Below, piece after piece: positions 19,997 to 28,895 of a stretch of DNA of 44,702 nucleotides. The stretch is from positions 1-44,702 of IMG/VR virus record IMGVR_UViG_3300037247_000488; one strand, written 5' to 3'. This stretch comes from a virus (Duplodnaviria; Caudoviricetes). Both the position numbers and the translations under genes were made by a program. How positions within the stretch are numbered: position 1 is the stretch's first letter; each line of letters opens with the position of its first letter. The notes beneath the pieces were generated by a model. That model did not search any database. It was not told where the DNA came from and saw nothing but the letters and a program-made list of their open reading frames with translations.

Positions 19997-21760
19997 TTAG
20001 AGTGCTCCGGCCTGCGATTGCTTCGCTAAGTCGGTGAGCACATTGTTACCCTCTGTACTCGCCCCTGCCATATCCTTTATGGACTTAGAGGCTTGCTCCA
20101 TAGCCTGACCTTCTTGTTCGGCGGCGGCGGCCCTGTTGCGCTCGTCTCTCATTTCCGCCACATCATCATCAGACCTCACAACCTTAGGCGAGATGCCGAT
20201 GATAATGCCGTACTCATCTATGAGCTGGTCGGTATCGACCTTATCGAGCACGTTGGGCTGGACGGCTGCCATGTCCGCAGTAAATCCAGCGAAGCGCTCG
20301 ACGATAGTGAGGCCAGCAAACTTCTGCGCCTGGTGCATGATAGATATGTACTCCACCTTGATAGGCTCACCCTCAAAGACTTCAGGAGCCTCGGGTATCA
20401 TGCCCTGCCTTTCCATTAGAATAAAGGCGATGTCGATCAAGGGGTCGAGGAGGTCTTGGTTGAGCTGTTCAAGAACAGGGCCAAGCGCCAAGAGCTTCTC
20501 TTCGTGGCGTTCGTCTACCTCTCGGGCGGTGACTTGCTTACGATCTATATTCGCCAGCATGAGAAAGAGGTCTTCGTAAAAAGCCCTCTGTATTCTCTTT
20601 TGCACAACCTGTATCTCTTGATCTATAGGCAGAAAGACGGTCGGTTTGATCTCATACAGAGGCTTAATACCCTGATCGCCAGCGCCACGAGAATTAACGT
20701 AATTCATATCTCCGGGGAGCTGGGAGACTCGTGTTTGCCGAAGCGACCCTGGCCCCTGTAAGGGCGGGTTCGTTATCTTGTCGACAAGCATCGCCCTACG
20801 CTTCACCATGAGCTGTAGGGATTTGATGTCTCCCAGTGCTACCATCCCCGGACACGACGTAGCATAGACATCCTCTGCCGTTACTTCCCATCTCGGGCCG
20901 AGTACCGGAAAATAGCCATACCCCTTGAGTCGGAGAAACTTAGTGCCATCCTCATCGGTTTGAGTTCGCGCCTTACCCTTCTGCATCGGCTTTTCGTAGT
21001 AAGCCGACGTATAAGGCTTGGAGTCAAGCCGCATATCGTCGTAGTCTTCGCTCGGATGAATGACATGTACGACCGTTACCCATGCGTCGAGGGTTTTGCG
21101 CTCATACAACATCATGGTTGCGCTTGAGATATTGTCAGGCTTGACAGTCCCGTCCTCGTTGCGCTCGCCGAACTCGTCGATGACCTGTCTCACGGTCAGC
21201 CTGAACTCTCTCAAGAAGCCCCTGACCTGCCCTTTGCCGTTAAGAAAGAGGCGGTAGGAACCGACAGGGAAAGCATAGCACCTAAGCGTGTCCTCAAAGT
21301 CCTCTTCGATGAGCATCGCTGCTGTACCGAAGACACCTATGTCGCCGTAGATAAGAGGAAGCACGTTATAGAGGTTGGACTTTAGGAAGACGGTTGTCAT
21401 CCTCTGGTTGACCGTGTCCAGCCATGTTTTAACATCCTTGTCTTCAGCTAGTTCGGGAGAGGCGGTACTGAGGCGCTTCCAGTCTCGCGCCGGGGAAGTG
21501 ATGCCGCCCATCATACCAGCCCTTAAGGTTCGGGATGCCATGGTAGCGGTCGAGTCGATTATATTCCGATTGCGCCGGTCGCCCTTGTTCGTATCGGTAA
21601 CAAGAAAACGACCGCGCCTCGGAGTTATGTTTTCCGCGAGGTCTTGATAGTGCGACCTGAAAGTCGCAAACTCAGTATTGAGAGCAGCCTGAAGGAAGTT
21701 ATACTTCTGTCTGCGAGGATCCCTCTTATTGCTCCGTGACGAATGATAATGGTCGGGCAT
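19997..21760 (-). CDS. Portal (head-to-tail connector) protein
   Basis: LRAGMMGGITSPARDW, TAREVDERHEEKLLALGPVLE and LLDPLID motifs of T7 gp8/Bbp21-type portals. Confidence 0.93.
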   Translation of the reverse strand: MPDHYHSSRSNKRDPRRQKYNFLQAALNTEFATFRSHYQDLAENITPRRGRFLVTDTNKGDRRNRNIIDSTATMASRTLRAGMMGGITSPARDWKRLSTASPELAEDKDVKTWLDTVNQRMTTVFLKSNLYNVLPLIYGDIGVFGTAAMLIEEDFEDTLRCYAFPVGSYRLFLNGKGQVRGFLREFRLTVRQVIDEFGERNEDGTVKPDNISSATMMLYERKTLDAWVTVVHVIHPSEDYDDMRLDSKPYTSAYYEKPMQKGKARTQTDEDGTKFLRLKGYGYFPVLGPRWEVTAEDVYATSCPGMVALGDIKSLQLMVKRRAMLVDKITNPPLQGPGSLRQTRVSQLPGDMNYVNSRGAGDQGIKPLYEIKPTVFLPIDQEIQVVQKRIQRAFYEDLFLMLANIDRKQVTAREVDERHEEKLLALGPVLEQLNQDLLDPLIDIAFILMERQGMIPEAPEVFEGEPIKVEYISIMHQAQKFAGLTIVERFAGFTADMAAVQPNVLDKVDTDQLIDEYGIIIGISPKVVRSDDDVAEMRDERNRAAAAEQEGQAMEQASKSIKDMAGASTEGNNVLTDLAKQSQAGAL

Positions 21761-21763
21761 CAG

Positions 21764-22096
21764 TTACCTTCCTATGAGCTGTTTAGGCCCACTCGCCAAC
21801 TTGTTGCCGGCCAGCCCCAGTGGCGAGGTGAGCACGTCACTACGAAGAGGTGACCTGTCTCCGGTAGCGCCACGTCGCTTGAGCAACCTCATTGCGGACT
21901 GTCTCTCCACGGACGCCTCATCCTTCTTGAGCTTCGAGGCCGCTTGCTCGCGCCTCTCGATCTCCGTACTACTAGCCTTACGGGCGTTCCTCGCCCCCCT
22001 TATCACGCTTCCTGTGGTGGCTACTGCCGCAGTCGCTATCGCAGCTCCCTGGAATACTGTCGATGCCAACACTGTCGATACGAACGCCCAACTCAT
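21764..22096 (-). CDS. Small virion-associated protein upstream of portal
   Basis: GGAGG SD before ATG at 22096 (MSWAFV...); Ala-rich N-terminus and LTSPLGL..KQLIG C-terminus. Confidence 0.7.
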   Translation of the reverse strand: MSWAFVSTVLASTVFQGAAIATAAVATTGSVIRGARNARKASSTEIERREQAASKLKKDEASVERQSAMRLLKRRGATGDRSPLRSDVLTSPLGLAGNKLASGPKQLIGR

Positions 22097-22652
22097 GAAT
22101 AGCCTCCTCAAGCAACTGTTTGGGTTCTGTCATGCCAAGTTCTGCATAACTACTTGCTATCACATACGGCTCGATCTCGGCAACAGATTTTACGTTGTCA
22201 GGATTATCGTGTAGCGTTGTCCACTCCGTCTCCTCAAAACAAAGCACTACGCGCTTGGTTCCGGCGACCGAGTCGAAGGCGTAAGGAGCGCGTATCTCGC
22301 GCACGCCGTCGAACTCCGTCACGACAAGACAACGCCCCTTCAATAGGAAGTTATCGTGCGCGTGACGATGTATCTTGCCGATGACAAGGAAGCCCTTCGG
22401 CATATGGATCGTTCGGGCGTAGAAGTGGTTACCTTCGTCATCGTCGAAGAAGTCAGACTCGACCGGAGCCTCGGGGCCCTTCTCGCAGTTCTCAACCATG
22501 TACTCCTGAAGACGCCAGATGGCTACGCGAAGACCCTCTGCTGAATGGTCGACCCTCATCCTCTCTATACAAGAGAAAGCGTAATTGGCCCTCTGTATTG
22601 ACCTCTGGAGCGAGGTGTCAGCGGTCTCCTCGCTCCAAGCCGCGTTATTCAT
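21978..22652 (-). CDS. Cupin-fold phage protein
   Basis: YARTIHMPKG..VIGKIHRHAH.N.L.KG...APY.F.S.AGTKRV...W.T.H motif. Confidence 0.7.
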   Translation of the reverse strand: MNNAAWSEETADTSLQRSIQRANYAFSCIERMRVDHSAEGLRVAIWRLQEYMVENCEKGPEAPVESDFFDDDEGNHFYARTIHMPKGFLVIGKIHRHAHDNFLLKGRCLVVTEFDGVREIRAPYAFDSVAGTKRVVLCFEETEWTTLHDNPDNVKSVAEIEPYVIASSYAELGMTEPKQLLEEAIHELGVRIDSVGIDSIPGSCDSDCGSSHHRKRDKGGEERP

Positions 22653-22933
22653 GCGGAGTTATTCCTCGCAGCCGCCTCAGCCGCCTCCGTCTTGGCGGCC
22701 TGTCCCTTCTGGTAGGGCATCCATTCGCAGTAGGAGCCCGAAGGTTTTCCGTCGCCTTCATGCAAGAGACGTATAGAGGTCGCTCCACTGGCCACGCCGT
22801 TCGGATCTATGACGCACAAGTTCACACAAGTATCGCTCCATACATGGGCGATGATGGCTGCTTGGTGCTCACTATTGGAGTTAAGGTAAAACCATACTAT
22901 GCGTCCTATTGTCGGTTCGATGATTGTCGGCAT
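22649..22933 (-). CDS. Conserved hypothetical phage protein
   Basis: PTIGRIVWF..AAIIAHVW....VNL.V motif; AAGGAG SD. Confidence 0.7.
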   Translation of the reverse strand: MPTIIEPTIGRIVWFYLNSNSEHQAAIIAHVWSDTCVNLCVIDPNGVASGATSIRLLHEGDGKPSGSYCEWMPYQKGQAAKTEAAEAAARNNSA

Positions 22934-22973
22934 CTTCGTCTCCTTGTTACTCGGTTAAGGGTTTATGGGATTG

Positions 22974-23177
22974 TTATATCTTGTTCTCGTCGAGCTTGTG
23001 GTCGCCGCACCAGTCGGTCTCGAAGACAACCGGATAACCGTTCATCGTGGGGGCGTGTCTCCGGCAACGCCCAATAGGAGCCGTTACGTTGCTACCTTCA
23101 GCCTGAACCTTCAGGACGAACCACATACACGTTGAACAACTCATTCCCTTACTTCTGTGCTTCCACGGATCTTCCAT
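22974..23177 (-). CDS. Small Cys-rich protein (HiPIP-like Cys spacing)
   Basis: CSTCMWF...GRCRRHAP...DWCGDH. Confidence 0.7.
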   Translation of the reverse strand: MEDPWKHRSKGMSCSTCMWFVLKVQAEGSNVTAPIGRCRRHAPTMNGYPVVFETDWCGDHKLDENKI

Positions 23178-23192
23178 TATCTCTCTCCTCGT

Positions 23193-24557
23193 TTAGTATT
23201 GAACGTCATAATCTATGACGCACTTACCCGGTTTGTTCACGGTCCCGTGAATGGGGTGATGGTCGACCACTACGTCCCACTGCACCTCTGGCGCCGTAGC
23301 GAAGTATCTGAAGCCATCAGCGGCATGCGAGTTAATGTCGTGGTCTGGTAGCTTACTGGTTCTGTTAGTGTCAGGATCAACCTTGTACTTGTAGCGCCTG
23401 AGCCCCGTCAAGCCGTCAGCGCAGTTCTCCTTGTCGAATCTACACAACGGGAAGACCGTGCGAACTGCCGAGAGGCCATCGGGTATGCTTAGCTTCGGGA
23501 TAATCTCGATATCATGACCAAGGGCTATGAGAACTTCCTCTACGCTCTTGCCTGTTGCGAGATGATGGGCCACGGCGTCATGAGGAAGATAGAGATGCCC
23601 ATAGATATACTTCTTCTCCTGAAGCACCTTCGCGTAATGCTGGATGGCCTTGCGACTATTTTGATAGAAGTCGATGATGTTATACTCAAGTCCGGACTTC
23701 TGGACGAACCATATAGACGTCATGTCGGAGTAACCAAGATCCCAGAACGTGTTAACGACAAGAGCCGGGTTGTGAGGTACTCGCATAATGCGGCCATCCT
23801 CAGCGGCATCGCGCATCTCGTCGGCATAGATGGCGCCCTCGACCGTCTGGCGACAGAAGCCCTCCCATACGACCTTGTAATCCTCGTAGTTCCGAGCCTT
23901 AAGATCCTCCATCTCCTGGCGCAGCTCGGCGGTAAACCATGGGTTATCTCGGAATGATAGCTTGACGACTACGGAGTTGGTGGGCGGTGTTAAGACGAAG
24001 CGCTGATAGGTCTCGTCCTCCTCAAGCTCCGGGTTGAAGCTTATCCATATCTCCGACCCCGACTTACGGATAGTCGGTATAAGGAAGTCCCATGAAGACT
24101 TAGAGGTAAAAGCTGCCTCCTCGACCCAGACGATGTCGATGCCCTCGTAAGACTTGATCTGCCCCGAGTTGTGACAGAGCCCTTCAAAGAAGAACTCCGT
24201 CCCGTTGATGCCTCTGATTGTGTTTTGTTGAACGTGGTAATGAGCCTCTAGCCCGAGGAACTTGACTTGGTCGGACAGGAGCTTATGCACTGAATCACGG
24301 ATAGACTTCTGGAGTTCTCTGGCACACAAGATTCGCAGAGGACGCTGTGCGCCCTGGATAAGTAACGCCCGAGCGATACCCCACGATTTAGCGCCTCCTC
24401 GTCCACCGTAAAGAATCTTGTACCTGTGCTTCTCAAATAGACAGGCGAGCTTTTCAGGGAACTCAGCCGCCCCTTTCTTCTGTGGTTTCGTGCGTATGCC
24501 CCCGTCTCGGGGCGGTAAGGGAATGAGAGTAGGTTCGATGCCATCAAATTCCTCCAT
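23193..24557 (-). CDS. terL: Terminase large subunit (PBSX family)
   Basis: Walker A GGRGGAKS, Walker B VWVEEA, SFNP, nuclease FWDLG..D and HAADGFRY. Confidence 0.95.
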   Translation of the reverse strand: MEEFDGIEPTLIPLPPRDGGIRTKPQKKGAAEFPEKLACLFEKHRYKILYGGRGGAKSWGIARALLIQGAQRPLRILCARELQKSIRDSVHKLLSDQVKFLGLEAHYHVQQNTIRGINGTEFFFEGLCHNSGQIKSYEGIDIVWVEEAAFTSKSSWDFLIPTIRKSGSEIWISFNPELEEDETYQRFVLTPPTNSVVVKLSFRDNPWFTAELRQEMEDLKARNYEDYKVVWEGFCRQTVEGAIYADEMRDAAEDGRIMRVPHNPALVVNTFWDLGYSDMTSIWFVQKSGLEYNIIDFYQNSRKAIQHYAKVLQEKKYIYGHLYLPHDAVAHHLATGKSVEEVLIALGHDIEIIPKLSIPDGLSAVRTVFPLCRFDKENCADGLTGLRRYKYKVDPDTNRTSKLPDHDINSHAADGFRYFATAPEVQWDVVVDHHPIHGTVNKPGKCVIDYDVQY

Positions 24558-24563
24558 TGCTTT

Positions 24564-24710
24564 TTAACCTTCTTCTTGCTTATAGGTATAAGCCTTGCAA
24601 ATTCTCGGCAACACCTCATCCACTTTATCGTTGCCTCCGAGCTGCTCCCATGCTAAACACACGACTTGATGGGTACAGAATAAACAAGAATCCTTATGCT
24701 CCTTAGCCAT
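24564..24710 (-). CDS. Small Cys-rich hypothetical protein (48 aa)
   Basis: Read by eye: MAKEHKDSCLFCTHQVVCLAWEQLGGNDKVDEVLPRICKAYTYKQEEG with GGAG SD; fills the gap before terL. Confidence 0.55.
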   Translation of the reverse strand: MAKEHKDSCLFCTHQVVCLAWEQLGGNDKVDEVLPRICKAYTYKQEEG

Positions 24711-24903
24711 TTTCATCTCCTTGTGCTGTTTTATTTATCCAACCAGTATCAAACTCGTCACCCCTATGATCCCATACTTCCCCGCCGTTGCCCTCGTCCA
24801 TATAGGACAGGAAGGGCTTGCAATAGCATAAGGTCAGGCAGGCGTGGGTATTGTCATCCGGCATAACATGTATTTTCTTGGTTGTGCGGTCGAGGTAAGC
24901 CAT
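24703..24903 (-). CDS. Hypothetical protein
   Basis: 66 aa coupled to the terS stop; HVMP.D..H....C.C.P motif. Confidence 0.6.
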   Translation of the reverse strand: MAYLDRTTKKIHVMPDDNTHACLTLCYCKPFLSYMDEGNGGEVWDHRGDEFDTGWINKTAQGDENG

Positions 24904-25466
24904 TACTTCTTACCCTCCGGTTCTGCCTTGACAAAGGTGATCTCTATACCCGTAAGGAGGTCGCCCTCTATCTCAATCTTGTCGCTGAATGCCTTGATTT
25001 TGACATGCTTGCCGAGGAGTTCGAGTATCTTCGTGCGGTCGGAGATGCGTATCTTGATGAGCTTCTTCGTCAGAGGGCAGCGCTCGAACCCGGAGACGAG
25101 CCCCTGTCTCCATATCTTCGGCCAGTCCTTCATGTCTTTGATGTCGCCATTCTTATCGAAGATGTCGGCGAAGTCGGCCTCGGTCTGTTCGGCTAGACGA
25201 GTGAGGACGTACTGGGCATCTATCTTGACAGCCTCTTCGACCTCACGTTGCATCTTTGCGATATACTTAACTACGACAGGGTTTTTAAGGAGGCGGCATG
25301 CCTGAGTCGCCGCACTCCGCGCAGAGTAACCGGCGCGAATAGCGGCATCAGTGGCGTTAAGATCCTTGAGGTACTCGATGCAAAACAACCTCTGTAAGGG
25401 ATTGAGGTCGGGCGTATGGTTCGACATCGAAACCTTCGGTGTCTTTTTAGGCTTCTTCTTACTCAT
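24903..25466 (-). CDS. terS: Terminase small subunit
   Basis: LNPLQRLFCIEYLKDLNATDAAIRAGYSARSA HTH and LELLGKH motifs. Confidence 0.93.
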   Translation of the reverse strand: MSKKKPKKTPKVSMSNHTPDLNPLQRLFCIEYLKDLNATDAAIRAGYSARSAATQACRLLKNPVVVKYIAKMQREVEEAVKIDAQYVLTRLAEQTEADFADIFDKNGDIKDMKDWPKIWRQGLVSGFERCPLTKKLIKIRISDRTKILELLGKHVKIKAFSDKIEIEGDLLTGIEITFVKAEPEGKK

Positions 25467-25792
25467 GTCTCTATGGTAGGCACATCGTACTTCTCGGCGT
25501 CAATAACTTTCTGGAGAAGAAAGACTATCGGATCGGTTACGCAGCCGATCTTCCCACTCCCAACATTGTGCAGTAGCGTCTCGGCCTCGGTGTCAGGGGT
25601 TTTAAAATACCAGTCATTGCAAAGTATATCTCCCCACTGCACAGGGTGAGCCTTGCCTGATTTATTATACCAGTAAAGAATCCCAGCATCATCAACCGCA
25701 CCCCACCCATCATTCATGAGTGGCCTCGTAATTTGCCTTCCCTTCGGCATATTACCTTTAGATCTAATTTCCAACGCCTCTCTGATATTCAT
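25463..25792 (-). CDS. Hypothetical protein
   Basis: Start moved to ATG 25792 (GGAGG SD, ATGA overlap); MNIREAL...DILCNDW. Confidence 0.6.
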   Translation of the reverse strand: MNIREALEIRSKGNMPKGRQITRPLMNDGWGAVDDAGILYWYNKSGKAHPVQWGDILCNDWYFKTPDTEAETLLHNVGSGKIGCVTDPIVFLLQKVIDAEKYDVPTIET

Positions 25793-26088
25793 TCCAACAC
25801 CTCCTTGATTATCTTCTTGGTTGTGCGAGTGACGCACTCGCGCTCGAACTTCTTGAGCGATACGCCGGCCACCTTGCAAATATGCTCCCTGGCCTCTTGC
25901 CAGGTGCCCCTCTTCCGGAACGCAAAGAGGTGAGCCTCACGGTGAGCATGATTGCGGAGCGCGGCTTGAGTCTTACAGCTATTACCATCAATGACGATGG
26001 CGAGATCCTCCGTAGTCTGAAGAAGGATAGAGAGAGCAAGGCACCTGTGAACTTCATACGGTATTCCGCCCAGCTCAAGGGTTATCAA
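25789..26088 (-). CDS. Hypothetical protein
   Basis: 99 aa with 4-bp overlaps to both neighbours. Confidence 0.55.
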   Translation of the reverse strand: MITLELGGIPYEVHRCLALSILLQTTEDLAIVIDGNSCKTQAALRNHAHREAHLFAFRKRGTWQEAREHICKVAGVSLKKFERECVTRTTKKIIKEVLE

Positions 26089-26300
26089 TCCATGGGCCTC
26101 CCTACTCTGCCGATGTTCTTGTAGGTGTTTGGATCTGTAGGCTCTATAGGTTGGGAACTATCTTTCGGTTGACACTCCCTAGCGTGGTGCACCTGGTCTG
26201 CGCGGCTTATGTTCACCCCACACCAAAGACACGAAGTGCAACACAAGCAACGTAGCAGTATTGAGCTGTCGGTGTGACACGCACACTCACAGGCTGTCAT
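26085..26300 (-). CDS. Small Cys/His-rich (zinc-binding) protein
   Basis: CECACH...CC..C..CG....H...C; ATGA overlap. Confidence 0.6.
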   Translation of the reverse strand: MTACECACHTDSSILLRCLCCTSCLWCGVNISRADQVHHARECQPKDSSQPIEPTDPNTYKNIGRVGRPMD

Positions 26301-26548
26301 AGCAACACCTTATTGAACGCCTTGATGGCTCCAGAACAGACTTCGCAGAAATACCACTCTACTCCAGGGTTATCACCATGTCTCCATAAGATACGCTGGT
26401 GTTCTGCAAGTTTTAAACAAGGCTCAAGAGGATCGGCTACCGGCTCTAAACTACGGAAGCCTTTCTGGAGCGCATAGACCGTGATGTTGTTATGCTTACA
26501 CTCTGGATTGTAGCAAGCCGGCATCTTAATCATAACGCACTCCCCCAT
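26297..26548 (-). CDS. Small Cys-rich protein
   Basis: CYNPEC...FCEVC; exact start uncertain. Confidence 0.5.
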   Translation of the reverse strand: MGECVMIKMPACYNPECKHNNITVYALQKGFRSLEPVADPLEPCLKLAEHQRILWRHGDNPGVEWYFCEVCSGAIKAFNKVLL

Positions 26549-26856
26549 GGCGTCACCCTTTGGCGAGTGCTCCGGATAGACCTGATCGTCTTGCCGGACT
26601 GCAAGGGCTGCGGCTGATGCCTGATCTTAAGGTGCTCCTCAAGGCCATAAGGATCAATAGCCGCCTCGTCAAAGAACTCTCCCTGTATACGCTCTTTGGT
26701 GAAGGCTTTTGGATCGAATACTGCGCTACCATAAATCATAAGATTAGTCGCGTAGTGATTAACTTCTTCAATAAGCGCTTCGATGATAGGTTTCACAAGG
26801 ATCATCCACTCCGGCTCCGGAACATGACAGCCTATGCCGATGTATCCGCTTTTCAT
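26530..26856 (-). CDS. Hypothetical protein
   Basis: ATGA overlap with the upstream small ORF; GGAGG SD. Confidence 0.5.
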   Translation of the reverse strand: MKSGYIGIGCHVPEPEWMILVKPIIEALIEEVNHYATNLMIYGSAVFDPKAFTKERIQGEFFDEAAIDPYGLEEHLKIRHQPQPLQSGKTIRSIRSTRQRVTPWGSAL

Positions 26857-26978
26857 TTGCACCTAGCCTCCCATTTAAGATCCCCGCAACGGTCGCACTT
26901 CATGACGGTTAAGGAGTAATTCTCGTAGTGTAGAACCCAGTTATGGAACCTTAAGAGACAGAGGAGCCAGTGTATCAT
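26853..26978 (-). CDS. Small zinc-ribbon-like protein (41 aa, DUF1660-like)
   Basis: Read by eye: MIHWLLCLLRFHNW...KCDRCGDLKWEARCK; ATGA overlaps at both ends. Confidence 0.55.
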   Translation of the reverse strand: MIHWLLCLLRFHNWVLHYENYSLTVMKCDRCGDLKWEARCK

Positions 26979-27340
26979 GTCATCACCTCCGTATTCCTGA
27001 GCGCGGCCTCTATCCTCGCAATATCACCTTCGGCAAAGGTACCCCTAAGAACAGGCAAGCGCTCCTTGACGGCCTCCCTAAGCTCTATGAAAGCTGAGAT
27101 GTCGGCGAGGGGCGTATCAGCACGCAGGCGAGAAGGGATGTCAGCACGTAGAAATGGAGAGACCGTCTCGATAACTCCGTCCGGATGAGCGAAGAGAAGC
27201 TCGAAGCCTTCTTTGATTTTTGTCACATCGAGAAGCTCCGAGCCCTTCGGTACGCCCTCGACGACCTCTATGGCGACCTGCTTGTAGCCGGTCATAAACC
27301 AGCTACCGAGAAGCTTAGCGCTTATCTTGACCATCCTCAT
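26975..27340 (-). CDS. Hypothetical protein
   Basis: 121 aa, coupled overlaps. Confidence 0.6.
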   Translation of the reverse strand: MRMVKISAKLLGSWFMTGYKQVAIEVVEGVPKGSELLDVTKIKEGFELLFAHPDGVIETVSPFLRADIPSRLRADTPLADISAFIELREAVKERLPVLRGTFAEGDIARIEAALRNTEVMT

Positions 27341-28530
27341 ACGTCCCCCTTCGCCGCATTGAGAGCGTACTCAGCGGCTTTCCGCAAGTCAACCCCTAGA
27401 AGATAATTACTGGCGACTCTCTCGCCCAACTCCATGAGCTTGGCGTAGCGACCGTGAGACTGGCAGTCGGCAGCGGTTATACGCTTGCTTTCTTTCTTGT
27501 GATAAAGAGCCGCCTTGTTCTCACCAACGGCCCTATACAAGGCGTCGTAAGTCTCTTCAAGCTCGTCGAGGCGCTTATCTACCTCTTCGCTCTCTTCGCT
27601 AGAAACCTCGACCCGACACTCGACTTGCTCAAGGACGCTGAGGCGACTCCTTATCTCTTTGGCATCCGCAGTTGTTATGTCGCTGATGACATTGACAAGA
27701 GGCATGGCGACCTCCAGTTCAAGGAGGCGTCTCATCAGCTCAGAGTGGTCGCTCCTGTGGGCTTGGCTATCTATATCGTCACTAAGATCCTTGACTACCG
27801 AATCAGTCATGGCAATACTTATACGAAGCCCCTCGGCCTTCTTCTCAAGCTCGTCAATCTCACCTCGATCTCGCCCAAGCTGAATACACGCTCCATCAGC
27901 ACGAAGAACTATGCTTGAGATTGCCTCCCAGTGCCTACTAAGCCTATCGTCGTGACGAACTTCCTTTATCTGAAGCTGCTCGATCCTAGTCGCCGCGTTG
28001 CCCTCGGCCCTTTCGAGTTCAGAGAGGCGAGTGTGAACTTCTTTGGCAAACGTGCTAGCGCTCTCAACTGTGACACTCTCTCCTCTCTGAAGATCAGCAA
28101 CAACCTCAGTAAGCGCGGCTCTCTGGTTACCAGCTACTCCCTCGGAAGCCTCTAGCCTCTCAAGGCGCTGGCCGTGCTTATCAAGCCACTCTCCATACAG
28201 GATGTCGTTAGCCCGGATAGCATCGCCGTTGATGACATCGTTATGACTGAGCGCGTCGAGACGCTTATCGCTAACAACTGTCCGCTTGAGAGCGTCGGCT
28301 GCGAGCTTGTTAAGATCAGCTATTTGATTCTTGTGCGCTCTCTGGATGTTCTCGTGATGCTGGACGTTATGACTCAACGCACCGATGAGCTTCTCTTGGA
28401 GAACCTCTCTATCCTCAAGCTCTTTGATCTTGGTATTTGATGTGTTGAGCATCTCCTGAAGGGATGCGAGGTGGGCCTGAGTCATTACCCGGAACTCTTG
28501 ATACTCTTTCCTCTCTTCGTCTGTTAGCAC
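27337..28530 (-). CDS. Long coiled-coil protein of unknown function
   Basis: 397 aa with recurring RL..LE heptads and almost no Pro. Confidence 0.75.
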   Translation of the reverse strand: MLTDEERKEYQEFRVMTQAHLASLQEMLNTSNTKIKELEDREVLQEKLIGALSHNVQHHENIQRAHKNQIADLNKLAADALKRTVVSDKRLDALSHNDVINGDAIRANDILYGEWLDKHGQRLERLEASEGVAGNQRAALTEVVADLQRGESVTVESASTFAKEVHTRLSELERAEGNAATRIEQLQIKEVRHDDRLSRHWEAISSIVLRADGACIQLGRDRGEIDELEKKAEGLRISIAMTDSVVKDLSDDIDSQAHRSDHSELMRRLLELEVAMPLVNVISDITTADAKEIRSRLSVLEQVECRVEVSSEESEEVDKRLDELEETYDALYRAVGENKAALYHKKESKRITAADCQSHGRYAKLMELGERVASNYLLGVDLRKAAEYALNAAKGDV

Positions 28531-28850
28531 GGCTCACCTCCCTGGCTGGTAACGAGTTCGCAGTGCATATTGTTGAGGGTGGGTTTCAGTTTAAGCTCCT
28601 CGCGCATATACTTCCGAGCCTGACGCCAGGTGACGCCGAGCTTCTTACACTGAGCCTCTATCTCCTTACGCATGGCGCGTCGCGTCGCGGCCCGAAACGA
28701 GATGTACTTATGCTCAACCTTTATCGTTTTCTCAGAGGCCTTGAGAGCCTCTCTCTTTACTGCCCGTAGCTTGCCGGGCCCTACTACAATCTTCTTGCCT
28801 CTCTTGAGAATCCTACTCAAGAGTCCTCCGTCTTGCTCGTGTTGATTCAT
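28524..28850 (-). CDS. Basic hypothetical protein
   Basis: AAGGAGG SD; Lys/Arg-rich 108 aa. Confidence 0.65.
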   Translation of the reverse strand: MNQHEQDGGLLSRILKRGKKIVVGPGKLRAVKREALKASEKTIKVEHKYISFRAATRRAMRKEIEAQCKKLGVTWRQARKYMREELKLKPTLNNMHCELVTSQGGEPC

Positions 28851-28895
28851 TCCAGCCTCCTTGGCATTGACCGTTAGGTCGGGTTATAAATTTGT

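Noticed and set aside
24248-24619. 123-aa ORF overlapping the terL start
   Set aside because: Out-of-frame overlap with terL; the gap is better explained by the 48-aa ORF at 24564..24710.
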